In this document: one piece after another, positions 23,825 through 30,870 of the stretch
Layout of the letters: the number at the start of each line of letters is the position of its first letter
How positions within the stretch are numbered: position 1 is the first letter of the stretch
DNA from: Octopus sinensis
Lineage: Eukaryota
Direction: 5' to 3'
Assembly (NCBI RefSeq): GCF_006345805.1
Contig: NW_021824417.1
Coordinates: 1-30,870, forward strand
Length of the DNA: 30,870 nucleotides
The notes under the pieces: model-generated
Database searches by the model: none
What the model was told of the DNA's origin: nothing
What the model saw: only the letters and a program-made list of their open reading frames with translations
Translations under genes and position numbers: made by a program

Positions 23825-25287
23825 CTAGTTTTATCAGATTGTACTATAATACATAGATTCCTAGTTTTCTCAGATTGGACTATAAAACCATAGATTCCTA
23901 GTGTTATCAGATTGTACTATAATACAATAGATTCCTAGTTTTATCAGCTTGTACTATAATACAATAGATTCCTAGTTTTGTCAGATTGTACTATAATACA
24001 ATAGATTCCTAGTTTCATCAGATTGTACTATAATACAATATATTCCTAGTTTTATCAGATTGTACTATAATACAATAGATTCCTAGTTTTATCAGATTGT
24101 ACTATAATAAAATAGATTCCTAGTTTTATCAGATTGTACTATAATACAATAGATTCCTAGTTTTGTCAGATTGTACTATAATACAATAGATTCCTAGTTT
24201 TATCAGATTATACTATAATACAATAGATTCCTAGTTTTATCAGATTGTACTATAATACATAGATTCCTAGTTTTATCAGATTGTACTATAATACAATAGA
24301 TTCCTATTTTATCAGATTGTACTATAATACAATAGATTCCTAGTTTTATCAGATTGTACTTTAATGCATAGATTCCTAGTTTTATCAGATTCTCTAGTTT
24401 GTCAGATTGTACTATAATACAATAGATTCCTAGTTTTATCAGATTGTACTATAATACAATAATTCCTAGTTATCAGATTGTACTATAATACAATAGATTC
24501 CTACTTTTGTCAGATTGTACTATAATATAATAGATCCTAGTTTTATCAATTAGTACTAAATACAATAGATTCCTAGTTTTATCAGATTGTACTATAATAC
24601 AATAGATTCCTAGTTTATCAGATTGTACTATAATACATAGATTCCTAGTTTTATCAGATTGTACTATAATACAATAGATTCTAGTTTTATCAGATTGTAT
24701 ATATACAATAGATTCCTAGTTTTATCAGATTGTACTATAATACAATAGACTCCTAGATTTATCAGATTGTACTATATACAATAGATTCTAGTTTTATCAG
24801 ATTGTACTTAATGCCATAGATTCCTAGTTTTATTAGATTCCTAGTTTTGTCAGATTGTACTTTAATACAATAGATTCCTAGTTTTATCAGATTGTACTAT
24901 AATACAATAGATTCCTAGTTTATCAGATTGTACTAAATACAATAGATTCCTACTTTGTCCGATTGTACTATAATATAATAGATTCCTAGTTTTATCAGAT
25001 TGTACTATAATACAATAGATTCCTAGTTTTATCAGATTGTACTATAATACAATAATCCTAGTTTTGTCAGATTGTACTATATTACAATAGCTCCTAGTTT
25101 TATCAGATGTACTATAATACAATAGATTCCAAGTTTTATCAGATTGTACTATAATACAATAGATTCCTAGTTTTATCAGATTGTACTATAATACAGTAGA
25201 TTCCTAGTTTATCAGATTGTACTAATACCATATTATTCCTAGTTTATCAGATTGTACTATAATTATAGTACAATCTGATAAAAACAG
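23825..25287 (+). repeat. Cassette of ~39 monomers with cap (long-type head, medium-type tail)
   Basis: Head CTCAGATTGGACTATAAAACC, tail TACAGTAG...ACCAT...TTATAGTACAATCTGATAAAAACAG. Confidence 0.92.
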
Positions 25288-25546
25288 ATATATATATATA
25301 TATTATATATATATATAGGATATATATATATACATATATAATATATATATATATATAATATATATATCTATATATATATATGTAATATATATATATATAT
25401 TATATATACATATATATATTATATATATACAGTATAATATATACATATATATTATACATATATATATATATGTATATATACATATATAATATATATATAT
25501 ATATATTATATATATATATTATATATATATACATATATAAATATAT
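25288..25546. repeat. (TA)n spacer
   Basis: TA run with CAGTAT (~25430), ending CATATATAAATATAT. Confidence 0.95.
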
Positions 25547-26679
25547 CTAGTTTTATCAGATTGTACTATAATACAATAGATCCTAGTTTTATCAAGTTGT
25601 ACTATATACAATAGATTCCTAGTTTTATCAGATTGTACTATAATACAATAGATTCCTAGTTTTATCAGATTGTACTATAATACAATAGATTCCTAGTTTT
25701 TTCAGATTGTACTATAATACAATAGATTTCTAGTTTTATCAGATTGTACTATAATACAATAGATTCCCAGTTTGTCAGATGGTACTATAATACAATAGAT
25801 TCCTAGTTTTGTCAGATTGTACTATAATACAATAGATTCCCAGTTTTATCAGATTGTACTATAATACAATAGATTCCTAGTTTTGTCAGATTGTACTATA
25901 ATAACATAGATTCCTAGTTTTATCAGATTGTACTATAATACCATAGATTCCTAGTTTTATCAGATTCCTAGTTTTGTCAGTTTGCACTATAATACCATAG
26001 ATTCCTAGTTTATCAGATTGTACTATAATACAATATATTCCTAGTTTTATCAGATTGTACTATAATACAATAGATTCCTAGTTTTCTCAGATTGTACTAT
26101 AATACATTAGATTACTAGTTTTATCAGATTGTACTATAATACAATAGATTCCTAGTTTTATCAGATTGTATTATAATACAATAGATTCCTAGTTTTATCA
26201 GACTGTACTATAATACAATAGATTCCTAGTTTTGTCAGATTGTACTATAATACAATAGATTCCTAGTTTTCTCAGATTGTACTATAATCAAAGATTCCTA
26301 GTTTATCAGATTGTACTATAATACAATAGATTCCTAGTTTTGTCAGATTGTACTATAATACAATAGATTCCTAGTTTTATCAGATTGTACTATAATACAC
26401 TAGATTCCTAGTTTTATCAGATTGTACTATAATACAATAGATTCCTAGTTTTGTCAGATTGTACCATAATACAATAGATTCCTAGTTTTATCAGATTGTA
26501 CTATAATACAATAGATTCCTAGTTTTGTCAGATTGTACTATAATACAATATATTCCTAGTTTTGTCAGATTGTACTATAATACAATAGATTCCTAGTGTT
26601 ATCAGATTGTACTATAATACAATAGATTCCTAGTTTTTTCAAAATTGTACTATAATTAAGTACAATCTGATAAAACTAG
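25547..26679 (+). repeat. Long cassette (~30 monomers) with cap
   Basis: Tail marker TTTTTTCAAAATTGTAC then inverted arm. Confidence 0.93.
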
Positions 26680-26806
26680 ATATATATATATTATATATAT
26701 GTATATATATAATATACATATATAAATATATAATATATCTATATATAATATAATATATATATTTTATATATATATATATATATACACATATATATATATA
26801 TAATAT
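26680..26806. repeat. (TA)n spacer
   Basis: TA run. Confidence 0.95.
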
Positions 26807-26930
26807 CTAGTTTTATCAGATTGTACTATAATACAATAGATTCCTAGTTTTATCAGATTGTACTATAATACATAGATTCCTAGTTTTATCAGATTGTACT
26901 ATAATTATAGTACAATCTGATAAAAACTAG
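26807..26930 (+). repeat. Short cassette: 2 monomers + palindrome
   Basis: Same layout as 20341-20463 and 22794-22914. Confidence 0.93.
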
Positions 26931-26933
26931 AGT

Positions 26934-26981
<48 letters not shown>

Positions 26982-27188
26982 ATATATAGATATATATATA
27001 CATATATATATTATATACAGATATATATTATACATATTATATATACATATATATTATATATATAATATACATATATAATACTATATATATATAATATAAT
27101 ATATACTATATTATATATATATACATATATTATAGATATATATATATATCTATGTATATATATAGTATACATATATATATATAGTATA
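26931..27188. repeat. (TA)n spacer
   Basis: TA run. Confidence 0.95.
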
Positions 27189-27988
27189 TAGTTTTATCAG
27201 ATTGTACTATAATACCATAGATTCCTAGGTTATCAGATTGTACTACAATACCATAGATTCCTAGTTTTCTCAGTTGTACTATATACAATAGATTCCTAGT
27301 TATCAGATTGTACTATAATACAATAGATAGATTCTAGTTTTATCAGATTGTACTATAATACAATAGATTCCTAGTTATCCGATTGTACTATAATACAATA
27401 GATTCCTAGTTTTATCAGATTGTACTAATAATAAATATTCCTAGTTTTATCAGATTGTACTATAATACCATAGATTCCTAGTTTTATCAGATTGTACTTT
27501 AATGCCATAGATCCTAGTTTTATTAGATTCCTAGTTTTGTCAGATTGTACTATAATACAATAGATTCCTAGTTTTTTCAGATGTACTATAATACAATAGA
27601 TTCCTAGTTTTTTCAGATTGTACTATAATACAATAGATTCCTACTTTTGTCAGATGTACTATAATATAATAGATTCCTAGTTTTAATCAGATTGTACTAT
27701 AATACAATAGATTCCTAGTTTTATCAGATTGTACTTATAATACAATAGATTCCTAGTTTTGTCAGAGTGTACTATATATTACAATAGATTCCTAGTTTAT
27801 CAGATTGTACTATAATACAATAATTCAAAGTTTTATCAGATTGTACTATAATACAATAGATTCCTAGTTTATCAGATTGTACTATAAGACTAGATAGATT
27901 CCTAGTTTTATCAGATTGTACTATAATACCATAGATTCCTAGTTTTATCAGATTGTACTTATAATTATAGTTACAACTGATAAACTAG
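27189..27988 (+). repeat. Cassette of ~21 monomers with cap (expanded medium type)
   Basis: C-less start and CTACAATACC variant. The last ~350 bp correspond to window 1-348. Confidence 0.92.
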
Positions 27989-28034
27989 ATATATTATATA
28001 TATATCTAGATATATATATATGTATATATATTAC

Positions 28035-28071
<37 letters not shown>

Positions 28072-28245
28072 AGATTATATATATATCTGTATATATATAT
28101 ATAGCTATATATACATATATATATATTATTATACGTATATATATATATATAATATATATATACATATATATATATATATGTATATACACACATATATTAA
28201 TATATATATATATCTATATATTATATATAACATATATAAATATAT
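27989..28245. repeat. (TA)n spacer
   Basis: TA run with a CACACA patch like 349-606, ending CATATATAAATATAT. Confidence 0.95.
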
Positions 28246-30870
28246 CTAGTTTTATCAGATTGTACTATAATACAAAAGATTCCTAGTTTTCTCAGATGGA
28301 CTATAAAACCAAGATTCCTAGTGTTACAGATTGTACTATAATACAATAGATTCCTAGTTTAATCAGATTGTACTATAATACCATAGATTCCTAGTTTTAT
28401 CAGATTGTACTATAATACAATAGATTCCTAGTTTTGTCAGATTGTTACTATAATACAATAGATTCTTAGTTTCATCAGATTGTACTATAATACAATATAT
28501 CCTAGTTTTATCAGATTGTACTATAATACAATAGATTCCTAGTTTATCAGATTGTACTATAATAAATAGATTCCTAGTTTTATCAGATTGTACTATAATA
28601 CATAGATTCCTAGTTTTGTCATTGTACTATAATACACAATAGATTCTAGTCTTATCAGATTGTACTATAATACAATAGATTCCTAGTTTTATCAGATTGT
28701 ACTATAATACAATAGATTCCTAGTTTTATCAGATTGTACTATAATACAATAGATTCCTAGTTTATCAGATTGTACTATAATACAATAGATTCCTAGTTTT
28801 ATCAGATTGTATATAATACAATAGATTCCTAGTTTTATCAGATTGTACTATAATACAATAGATTCCTAGTTTTATCAGATTGTACTTTAATGCCATAGAT
28901 TCCTAGTTTTATCAGATTCCTAGTTTTGTCAGATTGTACTATAATACAATAGATTCCTAGTTTTATCAGATTGTACTATATACAATATATTCCTAGTTTT
29001 ATCAGATTGTACTATAATACAATATATTCCTACTTTTGTCAGATTGTACTATAATATAATAGATTCCTATTTATCAGATTGTACTATAACAATAGATTCC
29101 TAGTTTTATCAGATTGTACTATAATACAATAGATTCCTAGTTTTATCAGATTGTACTATAATACAATAGATTCCTAGTTTTATCAGATTGTACTATAATA
29201 CAATAGATTCCTAGTTTTATCAGATTGTACTATAATACAATAGATTCCTAGTTTTATCAGATTGTACTATAATACAATAGATTCCTAGATTTATCAGATT
29301 GTACTATAATACAATAGATTCCTAGTTTTATCAGATTGTACTTTAATGCCATAGATTCCTAGTTTTATTAGATTCCTAGTTTTGTCAGATTGTACTATAA
29401 TACAATAGATTCCTAGTTTTTTCAGATTGTACTATAATACAATAGATTCCTAGTTTTATCAGATTGTACTATAATACAATAGATTCCTACTTTTGTCAGA
29501 TTGTACTATAATATAATAGATTCCTAGTTTTATCAGATTGTACTATAATACAATAGATTCCTAGTTTTATCAGATTGTACTATAATACAATAGATTCCTA
29601 GTTTTGTCAGATTGTACTATATTACAATAGATTCCTAGTTTTATCAGATTGTACTATAATACAATAGATTCCAAGTTTTATCAGATTGTACATAATACAA
29701 TAGATTCCTAGTTTATCAGATTGTACTATAATACATAGATTCCTAGTTTTATCAGATTCTGTTTTGTCAGTTTGTACTATAATACCATAATATTCCTAGT
29801 TATCAGATGTACTTATAATAGAATAGATTCCCAGTTTTACCAGATTGTACTTTAATACAATAGATTCCCAGTTTTTATCAGATTGTACTATATACAATAG
29901 ATTCCTAGTTTTATCAGATCGTACTATAATACAATAGATTCCTAGTTTATCAGATTGTACTATAATACAATATATTCCTAGTTTGTGTCAGTTTGTACTA
30001 TAATACAATAGATCCTAGTTTTATCAGATTGTACTATAATACAATAGATCCAGTTTTATCAGATGTACTATAATACAATAGATTCCTAGTTTATCAGATT
30101 GTACTATAATACAATAGATCCTAGTTTTCTCAGATTGTACTATAATACAATAGATTCCTAGTTTTATCAGATTGTATTCTATAATACAATATATTCCTAG
30201 TTTTGTCAGAATTGTACATAATACAATAGATTCGTAGTTTTATCAGATTGTACTATAATACAATAGATTCCTAGTTTTATCAGATTGTAAGTCATAATAC
30301 AATAATTCTATTTTAGTTTATCAATTGTACTATAATACAATAGATTCACTAGTTTATCAGATTGTACTATAATACAATAGATTCCTATTAGTTTTATCAG
30401 ATTGTAACTATAATACAATAGATTCCTAGTTTTATCAGATTGTACTATAATACAATAGATTACTAGTTTTATCAGATTGTACTATAATACATAGATTCCT
30501 AGTTTTATCAGATTGTACTATAATACAATAGATTCCTAGTTTTATCAAGATTGTACTATATAATACAATAGATTCCTAGTTTTGTCTGATTGTACTGTAA
30601 GACAAATAGATTTCCCTTCTTTTTCAGATTGTACTATAATACAATAGATTCCTAGTTTATCAGATTGTACTATAATACAATAGATCTAGTTTTGTCAGTT
30701 GTGTACTATAATCAATAGATGCCTAGTTTTGTCAGATTGTACTATAATACCAGATTCCTTGTTTTATCAGATTGTAACTATAATACAAAGATCCTAGTTT
30801 TGTCAGATTGTACCATAATACAATAGATTCCTAGTTTATCAGATTGTACTATAATACAATAGATTCCTAG
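28246..30870 (+). repeat. Long cassette (~71 monomers, runs off window); near-identical copy of 607-~3235
   Basis: Shares a series of private variants with the first long cassette at offset ~27,635. Confidence 0.93.

Overview
AT-rich eukaryotic repetitive DNA with no host protein-coding gene. The 3' end of the LINE resembles repeats I associate with Octopus/cephalopod genomes; that is recollection, not a search. About 75% of the window is a 37-bp satellite (consensus CTAGTTTTATCAGATTGTACTATAATACAATAGATTC) plus (TA)n spacers. The satellite comes as discrete cassettes. Each starts CTAG (or TAG) out of a (TA)n tract and ends in a 50-bp palindrome whose left arm is the first 25 bp of the monomer. 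Cassettes hold from 0 to about 250 extra monomers and recur in a long/short/medium higher-order pattern. A ~6.7-kb insert (3707-10395) sits in one TA spacer, flanked by a probable 21-bp target-site duplication. It comprises ~2.5 kb of nested 5' tandem repeats, an RTE-clade LINE ORF (APE endonuclease + RT with a C4HC3 PHD-type finger inside the RT C-terminal region), a tandem-repeated 3' UTR, a stem-loop and a (GAT)n tail. The ORF is broken almost only by 1-nt indels that look like long-read errors. The first ~3.2 kb of the window recurs as the last ~3.2 kb (offset ~27.6 kb), suggesting an overlapping-end contig or a 27.6-kb tandem unit.
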